A DNA stretch of 64,000 nt from Acinetobacter phage 133, in the sequence record HM114315.1; one strand, 5' to 3'. Under the pieces are notes generated by a model that worked only from the letters and a program-made list of their open reading frames with translations, did not search any database and was not told the DNA's origin. Each line of letters opens with the position of its first letter. Positions within the stretch are counted from its first letter, which is position 1. Shown piece after piece: positions 9,302 through 18,489 of the stretch. A program made the translations under genes and the position numbers.

Positions 9302-10639
9302 CTAGATAAAGTACACGTTATGGCGTGCACGGGTGGTGCCAACGTAGAGCAATTGACGCGCTAATTCAATATCGGCCTTGTGAATACATGGGGTATACAA
9401 GAAACAATTATCTACTGAAATGCCCTGGGATTTATGCACCGTGCTACATGGCAATGCTTTAACAGTCAAGAATGTGCGCTTGAGACGCCACCAACCAGCC
9501 CATTGACCTTTAACAGACGGCCCGTTACGATATGAGTCGGCAGCTTTGCCCAACATGAATCCAAGCTTATCCACTTCATCTTGGCTGGCCAGGACTTTAA
9601 TAGTACCTTCATTTTTTGATCCGTCAACATTAGGATCAACCGCTTCCAAGTCAAGTTCCCAATAACGAATCATTGTTGAACCCGAGGCACCTTTAACTTG
9701 GAACATATCACTAGTTAATTTACAATTCAAGATACGTACTTGCTCACCATTGTTAAACACAATTTCAGTGAACTTTTTGCCCTGGTATTCGACCGTCTTG
9801 ACCAATGGTTCCTGCATTACTACAACTTCGCCATCAATAAACATATCTTGGGTTTTGTACAATTGTTTACGGATAATACCGTTCAGATTTTCAACTGATT
9901 TATTTGTGTACGCTAGCATACGGTTTTCAAACAAATCATCTGGGGTTTGAACAATTTCAAAGTATTTCCCGAAGAAGTTACGTAATGACTCAGTGCCAGA
10001 TAAATCAAATACCCCTTGACCGTTTTGTACATTATTTCCAATCCATCCGCCGGTACGGATCTGCGTAGCGACCTCAATGATTGGAGCATTTGAACGTTTA
10101 ACTTCAGTCAAAGATACTTGCTTAAACTTATCGTTAATGAAGAACGGGGACACATTGTTTTCACCTGAACCTGGTGAAACTGGACGAATCTGAGCAACGT
10201 CACCTAACGCAATAATTGTACAATGGCGCGGAACTGAAGTCAAGATTAAACGGAACAATTCAGTATCGTACATTGATGCTTCATCACAGAATAAGACCTG
10301 ACAATCATCAAGCTCTGGGGTGTCGCGCTGTTCAAATACCGTTTTATCTTCGTAATTGCTTGGGTTAATCTTAAGCAATGAATGGATTGTACTTGCTTCC
10401 TGGCCGGCTAATTTAGACAGGACTTTTTTTGCCTGGTGTGTAGGGGCAGCTAAGAATACACCGTGCACACCTTTACGCGTAAAATAGTCCAACAAACATT
10501 TGGTCAATGTTGTTTTGCCTGTACCGGCAGGACCATTGATTGTTAAATGCGGTTGATCACCTGCGCCCTTTTTACCAACCGCTGCAACCGCTGCATCAAA
10601 GGCTAATTTTTGACCATCTGTTAAATTTTCATAATTCAT
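9302..10639 (-). CDS. dda: Dda DNA helicase (SF1B)
   Basis: 445 aa. Walker A TINGPAGTGKTT, then LAAPTHQAKKVLSKL and a C-terminal YVGTTRARHNVYFI. Length and motifs match T4 Dda. Confidence 0.92.
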   Translation of the reverse strand: MNYENLTDGQKLAFDAAVAAVGKKGAGDQPHLTINGPAGTGKTTLTKCLLDYFTRKGVHGVFLAAPTHQAKKVLSKLAGQEASTIHSLLKINPSNYEDKTVFEQRDTPELDDCQVLFCDEASMYDTELFRLILTSVPRHCTIIALGDVAQIRPVSPGSGENNVSPFFINDKFKQVSLTEVKRSNAPIIEVATQIRTGGWIGNNVQNGQGVFDLSGTESLRNFFGKYFEIVQTPDDLFENRMLAYTNKSVENLNGIIRKQLYKTQDMFIDGEVVVMQEPLVKTVEYQGKKFTEIVFNNGEQVRILNCKLTSDMFQVKGASGSTMIRYWELDLEAVDPNVDGSKNEGTIKVLASQDEVDKLGFMLGKAADSYRNGPSVKGQWAGWWRLKRTFLTVKALPCSTVHKSQGISVDNCFLYTPCIHKADIELARQLLYVGTTRARHNVYFI

Positions 10640-10926
10640 ATCACTTTCACCGTTTTTACATGGACTGTATTAAGTATCTGTTGTATATTTTGCCGCTGAA
10701 ATTCTTGAAGCGGATTAGGTTCAATAACTAAAATCAAAGGATCCCAAAATTTCCACCAGGGTCCCTTTTTGTGATATTCGACTGGGCCTAGTTGACTAGA
10801 TAATTTTTTAGTCAATGATTCCAATTTTTGGCCTGCTATGGATTTATGATCAAATACTAATACTTGACCATCATCAATACATGGGAGAACAAACCCATCT
10901 TTGTCTCTGTACATTAACGCATACAC
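10636..10926 (-). CDS. hypothetical protein (96 aa)
   Basis: Minus-strand ORF, ATGA overlap with dda. Confidence 0.5.
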   Translation of the reverse strand: MYALMYRDKDGFVLPCIDDGQVLVFDHKSIAGQKLESLTKKLSSQLGPVEYHKKGPWWKFWDPLILVIEPNPLQEFQRQNIQQILNTVHVKTVKVI

Positions 10927-11792
10927 TTTCTATACTCCTCTACAACCTTGACATGTTCAGGCGAACTATTCAAAGGCAGTCCAAATTTTACACACAATGC
11001 ATCATGATGCGATAAATTTTCAAAGCGCATGAGACCTAATAAAGCATATTTTAAGTATTCAATACGTTGGGCATTCTTTTTGGCCGTTTCATTCATTGTC
11101 GTTAACTGCTCATCTCGTGCAGTATTCCAGGTTTCCGCAAAGATGTTTGGCCTATCGGTGCGAACTGGAACTCGCTTAAATTTACGATATAGTGCCACTA
11201 ACTTTGTCTGAGTAATTGTAAGCTTGGCGGTTTCCTCCGCCAATAGTTGCCTATGCTTCTCAAGCGATCGCATACGGCCTTTAATTCGCGCTGGTTTGTC
11301 GTGTTTGAGCAATTGCAAGTGATCTTCTATAAGTATATTACGACGTTGAATTGCGCGGTTCTGAGCGTCCCACGCTCGCATAAGATCCTTGTATTTTGGA
11401 TTATTTGGATTGACCCGAGGTTTACAATCAACCGGGTACAACTCTCTAGGGTTCGCAATACTGTGCTCTGTACGTGTTTGATTTGACGACAAGGTATTAA
11501 TTAAATCGGCCAATTGCGGAATTGTATAGTTACTACGCGCGCTATTGATTGCGCGGGATACCACAATAACATTGCCATCTATGTAACCAATGTTATTATC
11601 AATTCGTTCAAAACTAAATTCATGTACACCTTTTAGGGGCAATCCTGAATATTGACAATGTGTTTGCTTTTTCAGAGCAGCGAACGTTTCAAAACTCATA
11701 TCGAATTTAATTCCACGCTGCTTTGCATTGCCCCGCTTTGCACTATAACAAGTGTACACTTCATTAGTTTGTTTGAATAACATATTGCTCAC
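10914..11792 (-). CDS. HNH-family homing endonuclease-like protein
   Basis: N-terminal AKRGNAKQRGIKFDMSFETF, then ERIDNNIGYIDGNVIVVSRAIN. This is the ...DRIDN.GY..NV......N motif typical of phage HNH_3 endonucleases. A ~150-aa C-terminal extension follows. Confidence 0.6.
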   Translation of the reverse strand: MSNMLFKQTNEVYTCYSAKRGNAKQRGIKFDMSFETFAALKKQTHCQYSGLPLKGVHEFSFERIDNNIGYIDGNVIVVSRAINSARSNYTIPQLADLINTLSSNQTRTEHSIANPRELYPVDCKPRVNPNNPKYKDLMRAWDAQNRAIQRRNILIEDHLQLLKHDKPARIKGRMRSLEKHRQLLAEETAKLTITQTKLVALYRKFKRVPVRTDRPNIFAETWNTARDEQLTTMNETAKKNAQRIEYLKYALLGLMRFENLSHHDALCVKFGLPLNSSPEHVKVVEEYRKCMR

Positions 11793-11832
11793 CGATCAAA
11801 AACTGATCATAAATAAAAATAAAAACTTTGAA

Positions 11833-12021
11833 TTACCCGTGCTGTGCAATGATGTCCATCGCAGCTTCTTGGTCTTCCTGGTTAGCTTCGCCGGCTTTGA
11901 TACGTTCCAGCATAGCTAGATTCTTTTCACGATCTTCGGCTGCGGCATCAATATCATAAAAACGTTCCATCGCATGATGGCGGGCTTTGATACCTTTTTC
12001 CAATTTAATTAAATCAATCAT
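11833..12021 (-). CDS. hypothetical protein (62 aa)
   Basis: Minus-strand ORF. Confidence 0.4.
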   Translation of the reverse strand: MIDLIKLEKGIKARHHAMERFYDIDAAAEDREKNLAMLERIKAGEANQEDQEAAMDIIAQHG

Positions 12022-12401
12022 GACATTTCCTTTATTTCTTTACGGACTTGTTTACGCAATTTCTTTGCGCGTTTCACCCACTGCTGAGAATGAACTTCAT
12101 GGCCATAATTAACAGTGAATAGCAATACTAATTTACATCGTAATTTACACGGTTGCTTTGTTGCCTGCATACCAGTAAAATCACTTACTTTGCGTCGGCC
12201 CGCAAATCCAAACAATGCGTTGAACTCGCCAAAATAGTGAGGTCTATTACTAACCGCGGTCAATTCTAGATTTTCCGTCAAGTGAATTCCCCATGCGCAC
12301 TCATCATATGCGTTCATATTAAACCATATATCTTTTGGCTTATAGAACTTGATTAAAGTGGTTAGGCCTTTTTCAATTTGCATTAATTCTTGAATAGTCA
12401 T
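12018..12401 (-). CDS. hypothetical protein (127 aa)
   Basis: Minus-strand ORF. Confidence 0.5.
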   Translation of the reverse strand: MTIQELMQIEKGLTTLIKFYKPKDIWFNMNAYDECAWGIHLTENLELTAVSNRPHYFGEFNALFGFAGRRKVSDFTGMQATKQPCKLRCKLVLLFTVNYGHEVHSQQWVKRAKKLRKQVRKEIKEMS

Positions 12402-12459
12402 ATCAATATCCTCAAATGATTACTCATTATAACCCAGATAATTTAAAAAGGAATTAAAA

Positions 12460-12486
12460 AGGACCCGAGGTCCTTTTATTTTAAAA
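12460..12486. terminator. rho-independent terminator hairpin (AGGACC-CGA-GGTCCT with flanking A/T tracts)
   Basis: Near-duplicate of the hairpin at 5483..5508. Confidence 0.55.
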
Positions 12487-12523
12487 AGTTTTATATTTCT
12501 CTTTGCGAGTATATTTCGTACGG

Positions 12524-12808
12524 TCACGGACCACTTGCATCTTGAATGCAGGCGTGCGCACGGCTTTTGCGATTGGATTTCGTTTTTTCAATTTTTTCTC
12601 CTAATGAAATAAACTTACGAATGCCATAAATTGATGACCATACTGCACCATAGGTTACTACTGCGGCAAGGTGTACACCTAATCCAACTACAGGCATCTG
12701 AGCCAGGTAGTCAAATTTATTTGGGCCTAAGTAACCATGATTATTTAGCTTCTGGTAATCGGTCCAGGCAAACTTGCCCTTTAGGTTTTGTTTAATGTGC
12801 TTAATCAT
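12524..12808 (-). CDS. small membrane protein (94 aa)
   Basis: Hydrophobic segment MPVVGLGVHLAAVVTYGAVWSSIYGI. Confidence 0.45.
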   Translation of the reverse strand: MIKHIKQNLKGKFAWTDYQKLNNHGYLGPNKFDYLAQMPVVGLGVHLAAVVTYGAVWSSIYGIRKFISLGEKIEKTKSNRKSRAHACIQDASGP

Positions 12809-13233
12809 AGTAGTTCCTTGATTTTGAGCAAGTTTTCCATGTCATTGGTATCCGCAATTTCTTTAATGATATCCAATTTCAAACGTTCGATGCCTGGAAA
12901 TACTTGGAGCCCATCAGATTTGATGGAAACATCATCTCCAATTGTCCATACGTCATGACCAATTTTAATTCGTCCTGGAGTCAAAAGAGTACATGATTGA
13001 ACAAACGTCAATTTGTATTCGTTCGTCAGTTTATACGAACTAGTAGTGCGAAGACCCATCACGAATGATTCATCTTTATCCGCTACGATCAATGATTGAC
13101 GACCTTTCGCTTCACCTTGCATTTGAATGCTTACCACATCACCAATATATAATTGGCGCCCATTAATGTCAGTTAACCCGGTTGCTGCGCCAACATCTCC
13201 GTATGGGGTGTGGTACTTATTAAAAATTTTCAT
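12805..13233 (-). CDS. hypothetical protein (142 aa)
   Basis: Minus-strand ORF. Confidence 0.5.
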   Translation of the reverse strand: MKIFNKYHTPYGDVGAATGLTDINGRQLYIGDVVSIQMQGEAKGRQSLIVADKDESFVMGLRTTSSYKLTNEYKLTFVQSCTLLTPGRIKIGHDVWTIGDDVSIKSDGLQVFPGIERLKLDIIKEIADTNDMENLLKIKELL

Positions 13234-13239
13234 ATTGGC

Positions 13240-13563
13240 CTACTTTACAGAAATATCAGATTTTGGTACCCACCAGCAATTTCTATTGAACACTAGGGAC
13301 ATAATTTGTTTATTTGGTATCGGAAACGAGCTGGATTGCCCATCGTGACCGGCCCAAGCCGGATTCCCGACAAGCACAGTACCATCGTGAGGCAATTCAG
13401 GATCGAACGCAGCAACTATCACACATTTGCGAGTTTTCATTTGAATAGTGCCATTAAGATTAGAATGGCTTAACACATAAGAAGTTGACACTTGCACTTC
13501 TTGTCCCACTTTTAGGAATTTCGCTATTCGGCGCTTAATTACACGACGTTGATGACTATTCAT
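13240..13563 (-). CDS. hypothetical basic protein, paralogue A of a tandem pair
   Basis: 107 aa. Shares a Lys/Arg-rich N-terminus and the V.V.AF.P......VL...P.W.GH..QS motif with the 13912..14259 ORF. Confidence 0.5.
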   Translation of the reverse strand: MNSHQRRVIKRRIAKFLKVGQEVQVSTSYVLSHSNLNGTIQMKTRKCVIVAAFDPELPHDGTVLVGNPAWAGHDGQSSSFPIPNKQIMSLVFNRNCWWVPKSDISVK

Positions 13564-13904
13564 TACAGAACCCCTGATTTTAACATGTATTGATGTAGAT
13601 AGTAGGCCTGGTCACGCTTAGAATGACCATTCTTAACTTCACGCAGTTGAACATATAACGCACTTAACGCGTTACGATCCAACAATGATTTTTGTTGTAA
13701 ACGGGCAAATTTCAAAATGCGACGGTCCATTTCTTTGATTGCTTGCTCACGTACTCGTGAATTACCATAGCTCAATTGGCGATGTTGAAGACGACGTTTT
13801 ACTTTACCCGCACGATTAATTTCAACCTGAGCAGAGTTTACTGCATTAATGGACCAATCCAGTTTGGTGCGAATAGAAAGCATTAATGGAGATTCTTTAA
13901 TCAT
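13563..13904 (-). CDS. hypothetical protein (~113 aa from an internal Met)
   Basis: Minus-strand ORF. The Met at 13904 was chosen to avoid a 65-nt overlap with the upstream gene. Confidence 0.4.
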   Translation of the reverse strand: MIKESPLMLSIRTKLDWSINAVNSAQVEINRAGKVKRRLQHRQLSYGNSRVREQAIKEMDRRILKFARLQQKSLLDRNALSALYVQLREVKNGHSKRDQAYYLHQYMLKSGVL

Positions 13905-13911
13905 GATATTC

Positions 13912-14259
13912 TCACTTATACATTTTCTTGAGTGGTTTGAACATAACTTCAGTAATAAACCAGGCATGTTTATCATTGATTAAATCCATAATACGACTAT
14001 CCGTAATCCGACTAAAGCAATGATCTGCCGACTGCGCGGTATGTCCTTCCCATTCTGGGTGGACAGCCAAAACCATATCACGGCGACCCACTTGTTTTGG
14101 ATACGCAAAAACCACAATAGCCTCCTGGCCAATTTTAGCACCGTCTGGCATATGTTCAGTGGTCAAGAGTTCAACCAATTGGCCTTGGTATAAAGCCGGC
14201 ATTTTGCGGTTATGAAACTTGCGTTTCTGTGATTTCATCTTACGTTGCTTAGTGTTCAT
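13912..14259 (-). CDS. hypothetical basic protein, paralogue B of a tandem pair
   Basis: 115 aa from MNTKQRKM (GGTGA RBS). It is homologous to 13240..13563. The longer ORF-track start at 14316 lies inside a terminator hairpin. Confidence 0.5.
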   Translation of the reverse strand: MNTKQRKMKSQKRKFHNRKMPALYQGQLVELLTTEHMPDGAKIGQEAIVVFAYPKQVGRRDMVLAVHPEWEGHTAQSADHCFSRITDSRIMDLINDKHAWFITEVMFKPLKKMYK

Positions 14260-14293
14260 ACTATCACCAAAATTATTTGATATCTCATTATAT

Positions 14294-14335
14294 GAAAAAA
14301 GGAACACTATGTACATAGTGTTCCTTTATTATTTT
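14294..14335. terminator. rho-independent terminator (GGAACACTATG/CATAGTGTTCC stem, 11 bp, A-tract before and T-tract after)
   Basis: Perfect inverted repeat with a TTTATTATTTT tail, immediately downstream of the RNA ligase 2 stop. Confidence 0.65.
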
Positions 14336-14339
14336 CAAA

Positions 14340-15353
14340 TTAGTTAATATCTAGAGTAACCCAGACTTCACGAACTTGAGTTTGCACAATCTTTTGCAAC
14401 TCACCTTTAAGGCGACTTGGGGAAATTGCTTGATCGATAGTAAGACCTTCACGTTCAGCTTCGACAAAAATGTCTCGCATAGTTAGGCCCAGGATTTTAC
14501 CAAAATCTTTCTTGGTAAGTTCACCAATGTGCGAGATGACATTCCCTACACGGGCGGGAGTTACGTACTCACTGAACTTGTCAAGCAAATCAATATCAGA
14601 TTGCTCCATTTCTTTTACAATCTTCGGTGCTTTGCCTTTGCCTTTTTCTTTAAACGCATCAGTCTTGTACTTAATAGCAAGACGTGATCCGCCTGGAAGA
14701 GTAATTGGGCGCTCGGGTTTAATAACCAGGCCTTCCGCTACATTTGACGCAGGGACACGTTGTTCATGTTCATACGAGATAGAAGAGTAATTCCCGTCGG
14801 CTTTGTACATTTCATTATACTCACCGATTACAGATTCAAATTCAACTGGTAATTTAAGCAACTCTTCCAGAGTACCACGCTTAATAAGAGGGGCAACCTT
14901 TAGACCTGAGTTTTCAGCAATAACTACCATATGTGAATCTTTCGCATAGGTTAGTTCACCATCAGGGCTAGTCACCAACACATCAAAGACATAAAGATCT
15001 TTATCGCCATAGTCAACTTCTTTCTGAATATTACCACCAGCGTATTCACCAAATACTTGATAGGTCCAGCCGTTCTGAATAAGGGCGTTAGCTTGAATAG
15101 ACTTAAAGCTATCTTTGTAACGTGCCATTAAATCTTCATACCCGAAGAACTTTTCAGTTTCCAGGATAGGACCAGTACGCTTCGCAGCTTGGATTGAATC
15201 TTTAGTGATGATCACGCTGAAGTTGGTTCCGTGAATTTTTTCACGCGCCACAAACTCAACGTTACGCAATTGGTTTTCATCAAGGAAATACCAAACTTTG
15301 TCAAGGAATTTATTGTTGGTGTGGTTTTCAAGGCTAGAATATTTAGTAAACAT
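14340..15353 (-). CDS. rnlB: RNA ligase 2 (Rnl2-like, covalent nucleotidyltransferase superfamily)
   Basis: 337 aa, close to T4 Rnl2 (334 aa). Nucleotidyltransferase motif I EKIHGTN with the catalytic Lys. Confidence 0.8.
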   Translation of the reverse strand: MFTKYSSLENHTNNKFLDKVWYFLDENQLRNVEFVAREKIHGTNFSVIITKDSIQAAKRTGPILETEKFFGYEDLMARYKDSFKSIQANALIQNGWTYQVFGEYAGGNIQKEVDYGDKDLYVFDVLVTSPDGELTYAKDSHMVVIAENSGLKVAPLIKRGTLEELLKLPVEFESVIGEYNEMYKADGNYSSISYEHEQRVPASNVAEGLVIKPERPITLPGGSRLAIKYKTDAFKEKGKGKAPKIVKEMEQSDIDLLDKFSEYVTPARVGNVISHIGELTKKDFGKILGLTMRDIFVEAEREGLTIDQAISPSRLKGELQKIVQTQVREVWVTLDIN

Positions 15354-15383
15354 AACAACTCCAAATAGATTGGGGCGCTGATC

Positions 15384-15527
15384 TTACATCAGCATGAACA
15401 TTTTAATTAAGTCAGTTAACATTGTAGCAGGGTCATCAGATGTATACATCACAGCTCCGACCGCTGCAGCAATTACAGCCCAAAGGCCAACAGATTTTTG
15501 TTTAGGGTTTAATTTGATTGGTTTCAT
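15384..15527 (-). CDS. small hydrophobic protein (47 aa)
   Basis: Hand-translated MKPIKLNPKQKSVGLWAVIAAAVGAVMYTSDDPATMLTDLIKMFMLM. Strong RBS AAGGAGAAACTT and an upstream TATAAATA late promoter. Confidence 0.4.
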   Translation of the reverse strand: MKPIKLNPKQKSVGLWAVIAAAVGAVMYTSDDPATMLTDLIKMFMLM

Positions 15528-15548
15528 AAGTTTCTCCTTTACCAAGAG

Positions 15549-15556
15549 TATTTATA
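15549..15556 (-). promoter_or_regulatory. T4 late promoter (TATAAATA on the minus strand)
   Basis: Exact gp55-type consensus ~22 nt upstream of the small ORF ATG. It overlaps the stop codon of the P-loop protein gene. Confidence 0.5.
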
Positions 15557-16061
15557 AAACATCCACCAAATATTGCCCTGCTTGTAGAACGATTTTATCT
15601 GCGGGATCTGATTCACAAGAATCAATAAAGTCGTCCCATTTGTTTTCCATCATCGTGATGAATGCATCAGGAGACCCACGTTTTTTGTATCGTTCAATGT
15701 ATTCAGATTTTAAAGATCGATCTGGATAAACTAACGTATAGGGTAGCCCTGCCTCTTGCATTGCTAAACGTACGTTGTCATGGCTTGATACTAACGCCAC
15801 GAAACCGTCCAGGATGTTGTTCTGGAGCGTTTGAACCATCCACTTGATATAATTACCAGGGAAGTATTCTTTATCGTAGGTGGACGAATCAGAGTCAAAT
15901 ACAGCAGGCACACCAGCAGGGCGAACCATACGATACACAGCATGCCCAGTTGGCCGCATTGGATATAATCCAAAACGATATCCATCCATATGAATTGTAG
16001 TTTTCCCACAACCAGGGAATGCACTCACAAACCCACGGGTTTGAATTTTACGATTTTCCAT
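15552..16061 (-). CDS. P-loop NTPase / kinase-like protein
   Basis: Walker A GFVSAFPGCGKTT. Start taken at MENRK; the ORF track starts 15 codons earlier at 16106. It lies directly upstream of rnlB. Confidence 0.55.
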   Translation of the reverse strand: MENRKIQTRGFVSAFPGCGKTTIHMDGYRFGLYPMRPTGHAVYRMVRPAGVPAVFDSDSSTYDKEYFPGNYIKWMVQTLQNNILDGFVALVSSHDNVRLAMQEAGLPYTLVYPDRSLKSEYIERYKKRGSPDAFITMMENKWDDFIDSCESDPADKIVLQAGQYLVDVL

Positions 16062-16162
16062 ATTACCCCCAAATAAGATACCCAATGCCAAGACCAATGA
16101 GACCAAATGTAAGCCCGCCGATTACCAAAATTGATATAATCATTTGCGCAAAGTCTTTCGAA

Positions 16163-16357
16163 TTAAACATCTTCATCACCAGGGTTTTCAAGTTTGGCCC
16201 GCTCTAATGAAGCACCATTTAAAATGGCCATTGCCACATTAGCATCTTTGTATTCGTCCGTATCGTAACAATGCACATTATCAAGCAAATCTTTTACATC
16301 AGAGATGTATTCGCGCAAATATGCAACTTGCTCCAGATTTAATATTAAATTATCCAT
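16163..16357 (-). CDS. hypothetical protein (64 aa)
   Basis: Minus-strand ORF. Confidence 0.4.
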   Translation of the reverse strand: MDNLILNLEQVAYLREYISDVKDLLDNVHCYDTDEYKDANVAMAILNGASLERAKLENPGDEDV

Positions 16358-16659
16358 TATGTGGCACCATAGTTTTCAGCAAATGTTTTAAGTAAATCAT
16401 AAAGGCCTTTATGGTCTTTAACATGAACAGCATATCCACAGCCAGACCCTGCAGGTTCATTGATTTCAAAGAAATCATATGAATTTTCAATAATGTCATC
16501 GATGACATTATCAACTTGTTCTTCGCGATCTTGCTCACGGCGAAGATCGGATAATGCATGATCATACCCTGACCAGTTATCAACCCCGCCTGCTTCTAAA
16601 GCAGAAAGTTTAGCTTCGGCCCGGAGTAGTTCTTTCATACGTGCTTCGGAAATTGTCAT
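16357..16659 (-). CDS. hypothetical acidic protein (100 aa)
   Basis: Minus-strand ORF. Confidence 0.5.
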   Translation of the reverse strand: MTISEARMKELLRAEAKLSALEAGGVDNWSGYDHALSDLRREQDREEQVDNVIDDIIENSYDFFEINEPAGSGCGYAVHVKDHKGLYDLLKTFAENYGAT

Positions 16660-16684
16660 GAGATTCCAGCTCCCTCGTAGGTCA

Positions 16685-16825
16685 TTACTGACCTACTGCT
16701 TGTTTAAGACGCTTGTTACGGGCAAACCCTAGTTCCAATGACAATTTCATTGTCGCTTTAGGATCACGCAATTTACCTACTTTAGAAGTAGTTACAGTTT
16801 CGATTTTCGCTTTAACTTTAGACAT
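16685..16825 (-). CDS. small basic protein (46 aa)
   Basis: Hand-translated MSKVKAKIETVTTSKVGKLRDPKATMKLSLELGFARNKRLKQAVGQ with strong RBS AAGGAAACTATC. Confidence 0.4.
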   Translation of the reverse strand: MSKVKAKIETVTTSKVGKLRDPKATMKLSLELGFARNKRLKQAVGQ

Positions 16826-16836
16826 GATAGTTTCCT

Positions 16837-17136
16837 TTATAGAGATTGAATTTCGTAAGTTTTTTCAAAAATATCAGGCTTACACGGATAAAATTCACCG
16901 TTTACGCCTTTGATAATATAATCGCCAATGGACGCCACCATCTGACCTTCTAAGGTAGAAATGGCATAGCCTCCCATATATTTTGCATCAGGACCATGTT
17001 CTTTCCAGTAATCTGGAAATACATCACCGAGGCTAAGATCCATAAACGTTCGGATTTCGTTGAATGATTCTAATGTACCAGTCCAAACAACGGCCTCAAT
17101 TAACACTGGTTTTTTGATTGCTTTAATTATAGCCAT
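16837..17136 (-). CDS. hypothetical protein (99 aa)
   Basis: Minus-strand ORF. Confidence 0.5.
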   Translation of the reverse strand: MAIIKAIKKPVLIEAVVWTGTLESFNEIRTFMDLSLGDVFPDYWKEHGPDAKYMGGYAISTLEGQMVASIGDYIIKGVNGEFYPCKPDIFEKTYEIQSL

Positions 17137-17650
17137 GAGATTCCTTTGTAAACCAACTAGGTATATTACGGAGTTTCCACGAAGTTATATGACGTTTTTC
17201 ATTCATGTATAAATCGCGATACTGTTTAACCGCATTTTCCGATGTTGACGTTGATATCATACCGGGTAAAACCGATACAAACGGAGTTAATTTATTTTCC
17301 CCACCTGGAATATGGGCCGTGTTATCTATCAATTTAGGAATTGTTCTTGATGCTGCATGAACTTTACCATACCGATATGAATATTCGTCAAATAGCTCAA
17401 TAGCTAGATTTAACAAATATTCATAATTATTTCTTGACTGTCTAGCCCACACAACACAAGGGTGATTAATATGAGTCTTTTTGTATAAACCGTCAGTGTC
17501 CAAATTAAAAAAATGGCACACTGATGACAATATTTGACAATACTCCGTACACATTTTAACAACGTGTTTATCACAGTGAAATTGTGCAGACATACGAGGG
17601 TCAAGATCCAAATGGAATATATTCATGGCGTGCTCCAAAATTTTAATCAT
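17123..17650 (-). CDS. hypothetical protein (175 aa, Cys/His-rich N-terminal region)
   Basis: Minus-strand ORF with FHCDKHVVKMCTEYC. Family not recognised. Confidence 0.5.
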   Translation of the reverse strand: MIKILEHAMNIFHLDLDPRMSAQFHCDKHVVKMCTEYCQILSSVCHFFNLDTDGLYKKTHINHPCVVWARQSRNNYEYLLNLAIELFDEYSYRYGKVHAASRTIPKLIDNTAHIPGGENKLTPFVSVLPGMISTSTSENAVKQYRDLYMNEKRHITSWKLRNIPSWFTKESHGYN

Positions 17651-17677
17651 TTTACATAATTAAAACTGAGTTGTACA

Positions 17678-17926
17678 CTATTCCATTGCAATAATTGCGT
17701 TTTTCCATTTGGCATACATCATTGATTTACTAACTTTTGTAAGACGAGTGACTTGCCAGCCCAACTTGATCATTGATTTAACATCAGATCGCAAAATAAT
17801 TCGCTCCTGGTAGTCAATACCGGCACCACGTGAGATTTCAACATACTCATTTTTAGGCACCCAATGCTTAGGTAGAAGGTCTGGAATTTCTACGCCTTCA
17901 ATCATTTCTTTTAAGTAATTCACCAT
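17678..17926 (-). CDS. hypothetical protein (82 aa)
   Basis: Minus-strand ORF. Confidence 0.45.
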   Translation of the reverse strand: MVNYLKEMIEGVEIPDLLPKHWVPKNEYVEISRGAGIDYQERIILRSDVKSMIKLGWQVTRLTKVSKSMMYAKWKNAIIAME

Positions 17927-17970
17927 TTTCTCACTCCAGCCGCATCACTTTTATGATGCGGCCCATTACA

Positions 17971-18489
17971 TTAGTATCCGTTATTCTGACGATCAAAGTT
18001 TTCTTTGTTCTTCAAGAAATATAACTCGAAGATTTCTTCTGCGTCCATGCCTAGGGCAACGTTCATATTCAAGAAGAAATGCCAGATATCAATTAATTCA
18101 AACTTAATTTCAAGTTGATCTTCAGGGCTTAAGTCTTCAATGCGAGTTGCACGTTTTTCCAGGTTATTTGATTTCCAAGCTTTCCAAACGCCAGAAGCAT
18201 CTTTTTCACCGCCGGACATACCGCCCAATGAAGTAAGCAGCTCACGGAATTCGTCAGACATGCAATCCCATTGTGTACGCATCCAATCAACTGTTTTACC
18301 AGCGGTATCCAAATCGTTCGGGTTCAAATTCATTTCAGGTTTTTCTTTGGCCAACTTGGTTTGTAAGGCACGCTGCATGTTGAGCATTGAATTCAAATAC
18401 TGTTCGCCATTACAGCGGATGTTTTCGGCTTCTTGACGAGCAGAATCAATACCAGCAACAAGTTGTGAACATTGGTTAAAATGGGCCAT
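17971..18489 (-). CDS. 56: dCTP pyrophosphatase (dCTPase/dUTPase, MazG-like)
   Basis: Near-colinear with T4 gp56: MAHFN..., FRELLTSLGGMS, EDQLEIKFEL.DI.HF.LNM, KENF.RQ..GY. Confidence 0.9.
   Translation of the reverse strand: MAHFNQCSQLVAGIDSARQEAENIRCNGEQYLNSMLNMQRALQTKLAKEKPEMNLNPNDLDTAGKTVDWMRTQWDCMSDEFRELLTSLGGMSGGEKDASGVWKAWKSNNLEKRATRIEDLSPEDQLEIKFELIDIWHFFLNMNVALGMDAEEIFELYFLKNKENFDRQNNGY

Noticed and set aside
17123-17650. Possible DNA glycosylase or metalloenzyme assignment for the Cys/His-rich 175-aa ORF
   Set aside because: The motifs (FHCDKH..KMC.EYC, HPCVVWARQ) did not match any family I could recall with confidence, so it is left as hypothetical.
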